A stretch of 64,000 bases of DNA from Octopus vulgaris. Its lineage: Eukaryota. The notes beneath the pieces were generated by a model. That model saw only the letters and a list, made by a program, of their open reading frames with translations. It did not search any database and was not told the DNA's origin. The stretch spans positions 30,814,001 to 30,878,000 of the forward strand of contig OX597838.1 of assembly GCA_951406725.2 (NCBI GenBank), in the 5' to 3' direction. The position numbers were made by a program, and so were the translations under genes. Positions 1 through 12,453 of this stretch are shown here, piece after piece; the first letter of the stretch is position 1; the number at the start of each line of letters is the position of its first letter.

Positions 1-156
1 CACAATAACACACTCAAACACAGACACATACAGATATGAATATGAGATGTATATTTATGTTCAGACACACCTATATATATATACATACATACTTACACAC
101 ACACACACACACACACGCACACACACACACACACATATATTAACATATATATCACT

Positions 157-262
157 GGCTATAGTAGAAGACACTTGCCCAAGGTGCAACTCAGTGGGAA
201 TGAACCCGGTACCATGTGGTTGGTAAGCATGCCACTTACCACACAGTCACTCCTACACCTAT
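157..262 (-). mobile_element. tRNA/CORE-type SINE (family 1, octopus OR-like), 5' part
   Basis: The reverse complement matches the family-1 head: A-box TGGCTGTGTGG-like, B-box GGTTCANTCCC and CORE-like CCTTGGGCAAGTGTCTTCT. Confidence 0.8.
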
Positions 263-275
263 ATACATACATACA

Positions 276-339
<64 letters not shown>

Positions 340-375
340 TACCTATATGCACATATATACATACATACATACATT

Positions 376-406
<31 letters not shown>

Positions 407-414
407 ATACACAA

Positions 415-485
<71 letters not shown>

Positions 486-628
486 CATATATACATTATG
501 TATACAAGCACGCGCTCACTGACATACGTCTGTGTGTGAAAAAGAGAGTGTGTATGTTTATATATGATATGTAAACCCATATAACCATCAATTTTGTTAT
601 GAGTGTATATACCTGAAAGTGTGCGTGC

Positions 629-686
<58 letters not shown>

Positions 687-1255
687 GTGCGCGTTGGGCT
701 TAAGTGTTCTGAACAACGTTATCGCGGCGCTGAGGCGTGACGCCAAAATGACACGGCGCAGGCGAAATAAACCAAATGGACCGTGGGCAGGATGTCTGCT
801 TTGTTGACTAACCACTCGGTACTTTCTCTCCCTGTTGCTTCTACCACCACCACCACCACCACCACCACCACCACTACTACTACTACAGCTATCCGCCCCT
901 ATATATATCTCCTAAAAAAAACTATCTTTGCCTACCCTTATTTCTTGTGCTTTGTCTTTTCCTACTTTTCTCTTTGTTAATCTCCCTCGCTATACATACA
1001 TACATACATACACACATACACACACACATACATACATACATACATACATACATACATACATACACACATACATACATACATACATACATACATACACACA
1101 TACATACATACATACATACATACATACATACATACATACATACATACATAAATAAATACATACATACATATATGTATGCATGTATGTATGTATGCATAAG
1201 TATATGTAAAAATATATATAAATGTATATGTGTGTATATATATATATGTGTGTGT

Positions 1256-1286
<31 letters not shown>

Positions 1287-1321
1287 ATATATTTATATTT
1301 ATATATATATATATGTATTTA

Positions 1322-1369
<48 letters not shown>

Positions 1370-1977
1370 CTCACATGTGCATATATATCTATAGGTATGT
1401 ATGTATATATATATATATATATCTATAAGCATATATGTTACAACCAAACAGAATCCAGAGAGGTCGCTGTTGTTCTGCGTCGGCAAAGACTTGAATTATT
1501 TGGGATAAAACGACAAAAATGTAAAATTAAGTTGCCGAGTGGAGTGGGAAATGGCCAACGTTTCCGACAGAGTTGCTCTTCAGCCTAAAGTTCACAAAAA
1601 AGAAATTGAGGAAAAGCAGCAGAGTTTTACATCCTTGAAGTTAGAAAAGTGGCTGTCAAAATCTACTGCCTCTCTTTCATTTCTCTTTTGTCGACTGTCC
1701 CCTGAAAAAGAAATTTTGACCGAAACGTTCGGTTTTCTACTCTCTACAGCAAGTTCACTGTACTCTCTTTGTATACAAATACGTTATTTGCTTATGTATG
1801 TATGCATAAATATATATAATTTATCTATATACCTCCTTCTCATGAGCGTAGGTGAGGATAGGCCAGAAAACAAAATGGAAGATATTAAGTTTGGCATTTT
1901 TAATTGTTCTTTTTTTTTTTACCAAACTACAGATAGCTAGATAGACACACGGACACACACACACATATATATATATA

Positions 1978-2324
1978 GTCCTACGTCCTGGTTTTGTTTT
2001 TATCCTTCCTTATTGTTTTTACGTTTTTGTATTCTTATTCGTGCTTTCCTTATTGTTTTCACGTATTTTTGTATTTTGATCCGTGTACATCGTCCGTTTT
2101 CCGTCCTTGTGTTGTATACATTCGAAGCTTTCTTCCAAGGGATCTAATGCGCTTGGCTTAGATTTCCCTTGGTGGCTGCCCAGGTCGGAGCAATCTCAAG
2201 ATTAATCAGCCGAAATTGCGAAGATGATCCGGTTCTTGACTGATGACTGAGGGCTTCGAATGTCCCGTCCTGTGGTTCTTGTGTCGTCTTCTAGGTGTTT
2301 CACGTTCTTGTCCCAGTTTGTATA
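1978..2324 (+). mobile_element. Short non-autonomous repeat (family A) in a (TA)n tract, probably PLE-derived terminal repeat
   Basis: Homologous to 5603-5885 and to the inverted partial copy 6028-6148. Flanked by TA repeats, no ORF, carries a hammerhead-like fold. Confidence 0.65.
2118..2263 (+). ncRNA. Candidate pseudoknotted (strand-reordered) hammerhead ribozyme, family A copy 1
   Basis: Stem III GCAAU 2190-94/AUUGC 2215-19; C17=2195; stem I UCAAGA 2196-2201/UCUUGA 2234-39; CUGAUGA 2240-46; GAA 2212-14; stem II GGCUG 2174-78/CAGCC 2207-11; 15-bp closing helix 2118-32/2249-63. Confidence 0.7.
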
Positions 2325-2528
2325 TATTTTTTACTTTTTACACATATATATATATATATTTATATATATATATATATATATATAATTTATAAATAAGGAT
2401 AATATCGATGGGCGATTTGAACTGGCCTTGTACATACGTGCATAAATATGTATGTATGGACGTTCGTATATGTAAGTATAACGTGTGTTCTGTATATATA
2501 TATTTGTATTTATGTGCCCATCTGATAT

Positions 2529-2587
2529 ATTCAACTGATGAAGGCAGAGCTTATTTGAAGCAAAGCTAGAAATCCAGGATCTTGAAT
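2529..2587 (+). ncRNA. Type I minimal hammerhead motif (PLE-type)
   Basis: Stem I AUUCAA/UUGAAU, CUGAUGA 2535-41, GAAA 2569-72, palindromic stem III AUCC-A-GGAU, AUC triplet. The base of stem II is atypical (A.A). Confidence 0.65.
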
Positions 2588-2740
2588 TATTCAGTAATAT
2601 CTTTTTGCTAGTCAATTTTGTCCCTCTGTCTTATCTCATGGTGCGATATGAACATTTAAGGTGGTTTTTAGAGTCAGGGATTTGACCGGTATTTCAGCAT
2701 GGTGGTATCTGTCAGACACCCTTATTTGTAGTTTTATACA

Positions 2741-2847
<107 letters not shown>

Positions 2848-3226
2848 CAAAGGATCGAATGCTGATATTGGCGCATTGTTGAGCCAGTAACAGTAATTCT
2901 AACATCAAGTTCAGCTTCCTGCTTCCTGTCCGGAGATATTTAACCTCCTCAACATGCAAAGTCCACCGGGAAGACTTACTCGTGCGAAATAATGGCGTGT
3001 GTGACTTATCTTTTACTTGCTTCCATCATTTTGAACGTGGCCATTCTGGGGCACCGCCTAGAAGGGTTTTAGTCGAACAGATCGACCCCAGGACTTAATT
3101 TTCAAAGTCTAGTATATCTATATCTATATTCATATCTATATCTATAGCTAAACATAATTATACACTTACAAGTCAGCACGTAGGTGCAGAACAAGATGGA
3201 CAAGGCCGACAAGATTTCACAAGATC

Positions 3227-3318
3227 TTACTCAGAGTTTTACGTAACTGTTCATCAGACATTTCTAATAACACATCTGACTGATGAACATAGGAACGTTT
3301 ACGTGAAACTCTGAGTAA
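3227..3318. repeat. Inverted pair of degenerate hammerhead motifs
   Basis: Plus strand: CTGATGA 3280-86 ... GAAACTCTGAGTA 3305-17. Inverted copy TTACTCAGAGTTTT...TCATCAG at 3227-3257. Stem I is decayed. Confidence 0.45.
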
Positions 3319-3763
3319 TAGTTTGTGAAAGTTTTCGACTTCAATAAAATGGCGTATGTGTGTATTCACATATATACACAGGGTTTCATAGAAAACCGAA
3401 TATTTGGTAAATTCCATGTAAAGACTATCGTGTACAATGGTATGATGGAAGAAGTTTTCTGGCCTCAAATTGGATCGAAGGAGTGAGAAAAACAAGAAAT
3501 TAAAGATGGGGAATTAAGTACCAGAAGAAATACGGAGAAATCTTGTTACAAGTAGACACGGAAAACATAAGTGTGCTATCATGGAATTATATGTCTACTT
3601 GTGAGTGTGTATGTGTGTGTGTGTGTATGTGTGTGTGTAAAGTAATGTGTGTGCGCGAGCATGTGTGTGTAATAACAGAGAGGAATATACTTACACAAAT
3701 GTTCATCTAAACAGACGAACATATGTATCAGCTCTTTCATACACATACATACATTCATAAGCA

Positions 3764-3879
<116 letters not shown>

Positions 3880-3967
3880 AATCTATCTATCTATCAATCT
3901 ATCTATCTATCTATCTGTCCGTCTATCCTGTCTGTCTTATCTATCTGTCTGCCTATCTCTGTCACTC

Positions 3968-4002
<35 letters not shown>

Positions 4003-4019
4003 ATATGTATATATATATA

Positions 4020-4082
<63 letters not shown>

Positions 4083-4088
4083 TTGTCA

Positions 4089-4636
4089 GGTCACTTTCGG
4101 GTGCTACTGGTAACATGTAACCCAGTACAACCTGTTACATGGTTGGATCATCGGCGACTAAACCGGCAACCCCACCAAGCTTGCTTGGTGAGGAGGGTAT
4201 TTATTGGATACCCTGCGGGATGAAAAACAAAACCCGTCAAAAGGCGGGGGAACCCTTGTGAGTCAACGGCCATCCAATAAATGTCTTAAGGCGGTATCAT
4301 GCGCGGGGACATAGAAATAATCGGACTGAATACCCGATCGCGCGGTTAAACCATTGGGAGTGAAGGACTCCTAGCCTTTGTTAGGGCATCCTTTTAGGAG
4401 AAGGTAACTCAGGTAACTGGGATAACTCCGACATAAAATCTGCGGCTCAGTGGTTACCGATGATGTTAACTTGTTCTTCTTTTCGGATTATGGCTGCTGT
4501 TGCTTAGTGAGTGGGATTGACTCAGTGCACAGCCTTTCCTCACTTTAAAAAAATCTTCTTGCATAGGCATTGCACGATAACAACATTGATTAAGCTTTGC
4601 GCAATGGCCATACTCGATAACGAGGGGGCAGCCACC

Positions 4637-4639
<3 letters not shown>
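4089..4639 (+). mobile_element. RTE-clade LINE 5' UTR fragment
   Basis: Contains GGGCATCCTTTTAGGAGAAGGTAACTC (~4384-4410), which resembles the conserved RTE 5'-UTR motif. Highly structured, no ORF. Confidence 0.55.
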
Positions 4640-4668
<29 letters not shown>

Positions 4669-4766
4669 TATATATATATATATATATATGTATATGTGTA
4701 TACACACACTTATATATACGTGTAGTATTTATTGTATTAAGCTGCTACCGACGATTTAATTTCACT

Positions 4767-4855
<89 letters not shown>

Positions 4856-5567
4856 TTACAGTGATTTCATTGGGGGTTTGTAGCCCTGCTGTTTACTGTA
4901 TTGAGCTCATCCACGGATATTGACTACCAGACAATGATGTAATCTGGAGATCGTTTGTTCTACCAAATAAATGTCTGAAAATCTACAAATATCCACAGGG
5001 ATTTGTAATGACAAATGAAAAGAATGGGAGGAGCAAGTTATTTTACTACTCCAATTTACAGCCGTTTCGTTTTAATTCACATAAAGCAATCTTGCAACAT
5101 TATATAATAATACACGCAACTATTGATTCGGTGGTATTCAAGTTAACCCTAATAACACATTGCGTATAAAATGATTACTCAACGAACGTCAAGAACATTG
5201 AATATATACCATATGAGATTACAAGATGACATTTATATAAAACAAGCAATGCCGAGAATTTAATTGCCTAAGAAAAAATTTGTTTTAGTTCAGGCGAGGT
5301 AATTAATTATCAGTTGGTTGTCAAGTCTGACACCGGCAACAAAACTTTGGATGGATGTTAAGAGGAATTTCGTTGATTATTAAGGTGGGCAAGTGTCTGG
5401 ACATTAGGCTTAGATTTTGTATATTTAGGGGCTGAATACCAACTACAGCACTCACAATTCATACACATACACATACACAAACACACACATACACACACAT
5501 ATATAGATACATAAAAACATATATAAAGGCACCAACATCAGCTGTAAAGTGATAGTTAAGACACACA

Positions 5568-5602
<35 letters not shown>

Positions 5603-5607
<5 letters not shown>

Positions 5608-5885
5608 TAACATCGTCTGTTTTTCCGTCCTTGCTTCGTATACATTCGATGCTTTTTTCCAAGGAATCTAATGCTCTTAGCTTAGTTTTTCCTTGGGGCT
5701 GGCCAGATTAGAGCAATCTCAAGATTAATCAGTCGAAATTGCGAGGATGATCCGGTTCTTAACTGAAGATAAAAGGCTTCGAATGACCCGTCCGTGTTTT
5801 TTTTTGTATCGTTTATCTGGATGTTTTGTTGTCCCCTTTTGTATCACCTAGTTGTCCGGATGTTTTGCGTTCTGGTCCCATTTTG
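5603..5885 (+). mobile_element. Family A repeat copy 2, with reordered hammerhead (5642-5785)
   Basis: GGCTG 5697-5701, GCAATC-TCAAGA 5713-24, CAGTC-GAAATTGC 5730-42, TCTTAA-CTGAAGA 5757-69. Confidence 0.7.
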
Positions 5886-5931
5886 TATTTTATTTTATAT
5901 ATATATATAGCAGCGTACGTACACTCTGTTG

Positions 5932-6027
<96 letters not shown>

Positions 6028-6030
<3 letters not shown>

Positions 6031-6144
6031 ACAAACTGGGACAAGAACGAAAAACATTTTGAAGACGATACAAAAAACACGGACGGGACATTCGAAGCCT
6101 TCAATCTTCAGTCAAGAACCGGATCATCCTCGCAATTTCGGCTG

Positions 6145-6148
<4 letters not shown>
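6028..6148 (-). mobile_element. Family A repeat copy 3, 5'-truncated and inverted relative to copy 2
   Basis: The reverse complement reads TAATCAGCCGAAATTGCGAGGATGATCCGGTTCTTGACTGAAGATTGAAGGCTTCGAATGTC. Confidence 0.75.
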
Positions 6149-6203
<55 letters not shown>

Positions 6204-6206
<3 letters not shown>

Positions 6207-6557
6207 CGTAGGAGCGGCTCTGTGGTAAGTAGCTTGCGTACCAACGACATGGTTCCGGGTTCAGACCCACTGTGTAGCAAAAGAAACCGAAAGAATAAGT
6301 ACTAGGCTTACAATGTTTCTGTCTACCAGATCCACTCCCAAGCCTTCCGTCAGTCAGGGGCTATAGTAGAAGACATCTGCCCAAGGTACCAAGCAGTGGG
6401 ACTGAACCCAGAATCATGTGGTTAGTAAGGAAACTTACCACACTGCTACGCCTGCGCTCTATATGGCCACTCCTGCGCCCATATGGCCATTCCTGCGCCT
6501 ATATTGATTGATTCTAGTTTCAGCTTATGAGCTGTGGCCATGCTGGGGCACCGCCAC
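6204..6557. mobile_element. Cluster of family-1 SINE fragments in both orientations
   Basis: Plus-strand head at 6204-6310, minus-strand head at 6315-6500 with a triplicated CTCCTGCGCC-like end, and a tail fragment at 6515-6557. Confidence 0.75.
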
Positions 6558-6585
6558 ATAATATATATATATATATTTATTTATT

Positions 6586-6629
<44 letters not shown>

Positions 6630-6732
6630 TATATATTGTATATAAACACACACACATATATATACATATGTATGTATATATAGATACATATAATTATATA
6701 TATATACATATACATATATGCATGCACGTATT

Positions 6733-6772
<40 letters not shown>

Positions 6773-6869
6773 CATATAATTATATATAATATGCACACAT
6801 ATATATGTATGTATGATTATATATTATATATACATATATATATCCGTGTATGTATGTATGTATATATAT

Positions 6870-6914
<45 letters not shown>

Positions 6915-7304
6915 TATAGATATATGTATATATATATATATACACATACATACATATACATACATACATACATACATACATACATACATACATACATACA
7001 TACATACATACATACATACATACATACATACATACATACATACAATAGAAGCGAAAGTACTCATTGACAAGAAATCCACTTTCAGCCAATTTACCATTTA
7101 TCATGTTATGTTTTTTTTGTTTTTCTTTTTTACGTTTTTTTTTGTCTCTTTTATTATTTATTTATTTTTATGTCTGTTCTTATTTTTTGTTTTTCTTTTT
7201 GTTTTAATTAAACGTCTTATTACAAAAATAAACAACAAATATTAAAATAAATAAAGCAAAAAGCAAAAATACCGAAAGCGGATGTGGAAATAAAGAATGT
7301 GTTA

Positions 7305-7426
7305 AGTGTGTGTGTGTGTGTGAATATATATGCAATGTGTGTGTGAGCGTGTGTGTGTGTGTGTGCGTTTGTGTGTGTGAGTGTGTGAGTGTATGTGTGA
7401 GCTTGTGAACGTGTGTGTGGGTGTGG

Positions 7427-7463
<37 letters not shown>

Positions 7464-7711
7464 TGTGTGAGTGTGTGTGTGTGTGTGAATGTATATGCAT
7501 GTGTGTGTGAGCGTGTGTGTGAGTGTGCGATTGTGTGTGTGTGTGTGCGTTTGTGTGTGTGAGTGTGTGAGTGTATGTGTGAGCATGTGAATGTGTGTGT
7601 GGGTGTGAGTGTGAGTTTGTGAGTGTGTGTGTGTGAATGTATATGCATGTGTGTATGAGCGTGTGTACGAGTGTGCGAGTGTGTATGCGTTTGTGTTGTA
7701 TGTGTGTGAGT

Positions 7712-7742
<31 letters not shown>

Positions 7743-8620
7743 AGTGTGTGTGTGTGTGAGTGTGTGAGTGTGTCTGTGTGAGTATGTGTGAGTATGCGAG
7801 TGTGTGGGAATGTGTGGGTTTGTGTGAATGTATGTGTGTGTAAGTGTATGTGTGTGTAAGTGTATGTGAGTGTGTGAGGGTGTGTGTGAATGTATGGTGT
7901 GTGTGAGAGAGTGTGTGAGTGTGTGAATATATGTGAGTGCGTGAATGTGTGTGCGTGTGTATGTGAATGTGCGTGTGCGTGTGTGAAGGTGTGTGTGTGT
8001 GTGTGTGTGTGTGTTAATGTGTGTGTGTGTGTGTGTGTGTGTGTGGTCATATGTCTGTACGTGTCAATATATGTATTTATATATTTGTCTTCGTGTGTGC
8101 GTATGTATGTGTATGTTCGTGTGTTTTTAAGTATCCATGTGCGTGTGTAAGTGTGCTTGTTTATGGATGTGTGTGTGTGTATGTAGTTATATATGTCTAT
8201 CTGTTAGTGCGTGGTTATCTGTGTTTTTCCATGTGCTTACGTATATGCGTTTAAGTGTTCGTGTGTGTGCGTATCTATAAGCATGTGTGTTCATGACTGT
8301 GTTTGTACGTGCTTATATATTTGTATATGCGTACGTGTTTGAATGTGCTTATATGCATGTGTGTGTGTGAGTGTGTGTGTGTGATTATATCTGTATATAA
8401 GTATATGCATGTGTTTAACTGTTTCGTCAGTGTGTGTTTGTATATGCACATATAAAAGTATATGTGTGCAATTGTATGCATCTATGTGCCTATGTGTCTA
8501 TATGCCCTCGTTGTGTGTGCATGTGTGTTTATGCATGCTGATGTGCTTCTGTATATTTAAGCATGTTTGTATGCGTAAATGTATATGTGCATGTGTGTGG
8601 TTTTATGTGTGTGTGTATCT
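7305..8620. repeat. Long cryptic (GT)n/(GTGTGA)n simple-sequence tract
   Basis: Directly visible; it generates the His/Thr and Val/Cys ORFs. Confidence 0.95.
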
Positions 8621-8945
8621 CCCACTCTTCTATCCTATTACTCTGTCACTCTCTCTTCCTCACTCCTGCTTCCTTGCTCACGTAGCTCCCACGTGACCAT
8701 CGGCAATCTTTCTTTGTTTCCGTTGTAAATGGAATAAGGAAGACGTTTGTCTCCTGTCCAAGCTTGATTTACGCGTTCGTCACCACAACCTCGTTTAGGC
8801 TTAGTAGCCCTTCCTGTTTGTTTTCACTGTCCTGTTAGTGTTACCTATTTTGACCCACCACAAAATCCCAAATTTGATTTAATTTGCTTTGCGGGTACAA
8901 CTGTTTTATCGAAAGCATATATTGTTGTTAAATGCTCGAAATATA

Positions 8946-9040
<95 letters not shown>

Positions 9041-9119
9041 CGGGAAGCTTTATGAAAATAAACAAAAGACGAAGGCAGGTGGAGTACAAACAAACAATTG
9101 TATTAGTATGGCACTCAGG

Positions 9120-9173
<54 letters not shown>

Positions 9174-9208
9174 AGAAAAAGAAAATGGAGATTGGAACCT
9201 ATATACAT

Positions 9209-9473
9209 AGGTGCAGGAGTGGCTCTGTGGTAAGAAGCTTGCTTACCAGCCACATGGTGCCAGGTACAGTCCCACTGCCTTGCACTTTGGGCAAGTGTCT
9301 TCTACTATAGCCTCGGGCCATCAAAGCCTAGTGTGTAAATTTAGACGGAAACTGAATGAAGCCTGTCGTATATATATAAAATATATTTGCCAACTAAATG
9401 TGGCGGTTCCATAGAGGACGATGTTACCGTCATTTTTAGCCCCAGGAAGACATCTCCTCCAGCTGGCTAACGA

Positions 9474-9509
<36 letters not shown>

Positions 9510-9615
9510 TGTATGTATGTATGTATGTATGTGAATATATATAAATATATATGCTCCAGTATGGCCGCAGTCAAATGACTGAAACATAATAAAAGAAACA
9601 GTAAAAAGAGTAAGA
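9209..9615 (+). mobile_element. Family-1 SINE, interrupted
   Basis: Head and CORE at 9209-9370, an inserted hairpin repeat at 9389-9470, and the tail at ~9553-9615. Confidence 0.75.
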
Positions 9616-9878
9616 GTATGCAATCCACACAAACATATATGAGACAATTATATACACAAGCTTATACATACATGCATACAGGTGAATATATATGAAAACA
9701 TCTATACACAGATAGATATATAGACGTATGCATATACATTAACAGACATTCATAAATACACACACACACACACACACGCTAACAAACACACACACACATA
9801 CATACACAAACATATATATATTTCGTCGTGGCACTCCGTCGGTTACGACGACGAGGGTTCTAGTTGATCAAACCCGTC

Positions 9879-9932
<54 letters not shown>

Positions 9933-9934
<2 letters not shown>

Positions 9935-10082
9935 GACGAGCTTCTTTCAATTTCTGCCTACCAAGTTGACTCTCAAAGCTTTGGTCGATCTGAGGCTGTA
10001 GTAGAAGGCAGTTGCCCAAGGTACCACGCAGTGGGATTGAACCCAGAACCATGTGATTGGTAAGCAAGCTACTTCCCAGCCA
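9933..10082 (-). mobile_element. Family-1 SINE 5' half
   Basis: Homology to the other copies in the window. Confidence 0.75.
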
Positions 10083-10088
10083 CGTGAT

Positions 10089-10123
<35 letters not shown>

Positions 10124-10141
10124 TCATACACTCATACACTC

Positions 10142-10172
<31 letters not shown>

Positions 10173-10175
10173 TAT

Positions 10176-10268
<93 letters not shown>

Positions 10269-10934
10269 CATATATATATATATATGCGTGTGTGTATGTG
10301 GGGGTGGCATGCGTATATGTGACTATGTGTTGGTCTGTATGCATGTATGTCTTCATAAGTATTTGCGTGATTGCATGTGTGCGTGTGTGTCTGTGTATGT
10401 GTCTGTGTTTTACCAAATGTCTCCACCCTCATCTCGTCCATTTGTTTATTTTCACAATTATATACAAATCCACCCGCATCTACTTCATTCCTTACCTACC
10501 CCCACCCTTTATCTACCCCGATTTTCTTATTTTAATCATTTGCACCATTTTATTATGTACACTAGAACCTATTTCCTCCCCCTCCCCTCTCCTCCCCTCC
10601 TCCTCCTCCTCAACCTCCTCACCTTCTCCCTGTCTCTCCTTCATATTCTCGTTCTCCATTTTTCTCGTTATTCATTCATCCACCCCCACCTGAAATCTAC
10701 CTCTATGTATCTCAGTATCTATGTATCTATATGTAGGCACGCGCACACACACACATGCACACACACACGCACACCACACACACATACACTCACGCACACA
10801 CATGCATAAGTATATATCTATAACCACATCTATATCAACCCCTCTCTCTTTCTCTCTTTCTTTCTCTATCTCTCCCTCTCCCCCTCTCTTTCTCTCCAGA
10901 CATTTATATATGTGTGTTCATATACATGCGTGAA

Positions 10935-11219
10935 GGCACCTGGCTTAGTGGTTAGGGCATTTCGCTCCGGATCGTAAAGTCATGAGTTCAATTCCCGGCC
11001 GCGTGTTGAGCCCTTGAGCAAGACACTTGATTTTGCGTTGCTTCAGTCCACTCAGCTAGCAAAAATTAGTAGTACCTGTATTTCAAAGGGCCAGGCATGT
11101 CACATTCTGTGCCCCACTGAATCTCCCTGAGAGCTACGTTAAGGGTTACATGTGTCTGTGGAGTGTTCCGTTGACCAGATAAACTGGAACGCTCGTTGTT
11201 GCAGCCGACGGAATGCCAG
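10935..11219 (+). mobile_element. tRNA-derived SINE (family 3)
   Basis: A-box TGGCTTAGTGG, B-box GAGTTCAATTCC, CORE-like CCCTTGAGCAAGACACTT. Its tail recurs inverted at ~9827-9870. Confidence 0.7.
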
Positions 11220-11849
11220 TGTGTATATACATCCATGCAAGCCCCACACATTCAGATGCATATATGTATGCATATGTCTGTATATGCATACACACACACG
11301 TACATACATATACACATACGTGCTAGTACATACACATAACGAAGCACACAAGTAAAAACATGCATGCATGTTTGGACAAAATCGGAGTACCCGACACTTG
11401 TGTTTGACAGAAGTATTCAATGATATAGTTCGTTTGTTATAATACATCGTGAAGTTTCATATCCTGCTATGCTGAACAATGCTGAGACAATATAAACATA
11501 AACCACTTTACACGAACGTCGTGTACGTTATTATTTTCAATGGCTGCTGGAGTTACTGGCAGAGAGCAACGATATAAACGGCAGATTTTATAGAGCTTTG
11601 GAGAACGTCATAATGGGTTAGGACAAGGGAGATAGTTAGAGAATATGCTCTGATTCAGCATATATTGTATTATTTATGTTTCGGTGGTGAGCATTGTTGC
11701 TTTCATGCACGTTCAATAAATCTCCTGGACTACACTATCCCCAGTTTTTTAAGATAGTCAGGCTTGATTTCAGAGAAATTTGATTGATACTCATACAAGG
11801 TCGAACAGATTGACTGGAAATACGTCATAATTATATCGCAGCTAATACC

Positions 11850-12400
11850 TCACCTATAGGTAGTGGGTAGCGATTTTCTTCACTACTTCAAGGAATGACG
11901 ACCTGCCTGACACGAGTCCCGGGCTCAGCTGGCTCCGGCTGACAGTACCCGGTATGGGCCCCTATCCAGGGTTACGGAAAGGAGACAACCTTCAAAGAAA
12001 TCCGGAGTAGAGCCTCGTAGGCGGTTTAGTGTTAAACTCAACACTCTTCCGGCAGCTCCTGCAACCAAACTTGGGTAAGTGTCTTCTACTATAGCCTTGG
12101 GCCACCAAAGCCTAGTGAGTAAATTTAGACGTAAACTGAAAGAAGCCTGTCGTATATATATAAAATATATTTGCCAACTAAATGTGGCGGTTCCATAGAG
12201 GACGATGTTACCGTCATTTTTAGCCCCAGGAAAACTGGTGTCAAACGTAATGCTCTGCTCTCCTTTGGACTACGTCAGCAAGGTCGAGAGGGGAATCCTG
12301 ACGATTGGGCTACCCAGGATTTTCTTACATCTAGCCCAGGCCTGCGCAAAACTGGAGAGGAAACTGGAGAGGACACGAAATGTAAAAACCTGACTGGATT
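11850..12400 (+). mobile_element. RTE-like LINE 5' UTR fragment with a 162-bp insertion (12071-12232)
   Basis: The AATCCGGAGTAGAGCCTCGTAGGCGG and TCCGGCAGCTCCTGC motifs resemble RTE 5' UTRs. The insertion is a copy of 9287-9448. Confidence 0.45.
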
Positions 12401-12453
12401 AGTTTATGCACAACTCCATTGTCTCCTGAGACAAAAGGATGCCAACAACAGTA

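Noticed and set aside
1550-1735. Hammerhead-like fragments (also 7040-7066 and 34472-34515)
   Set aside because: Core or stem I is too decayed to call.
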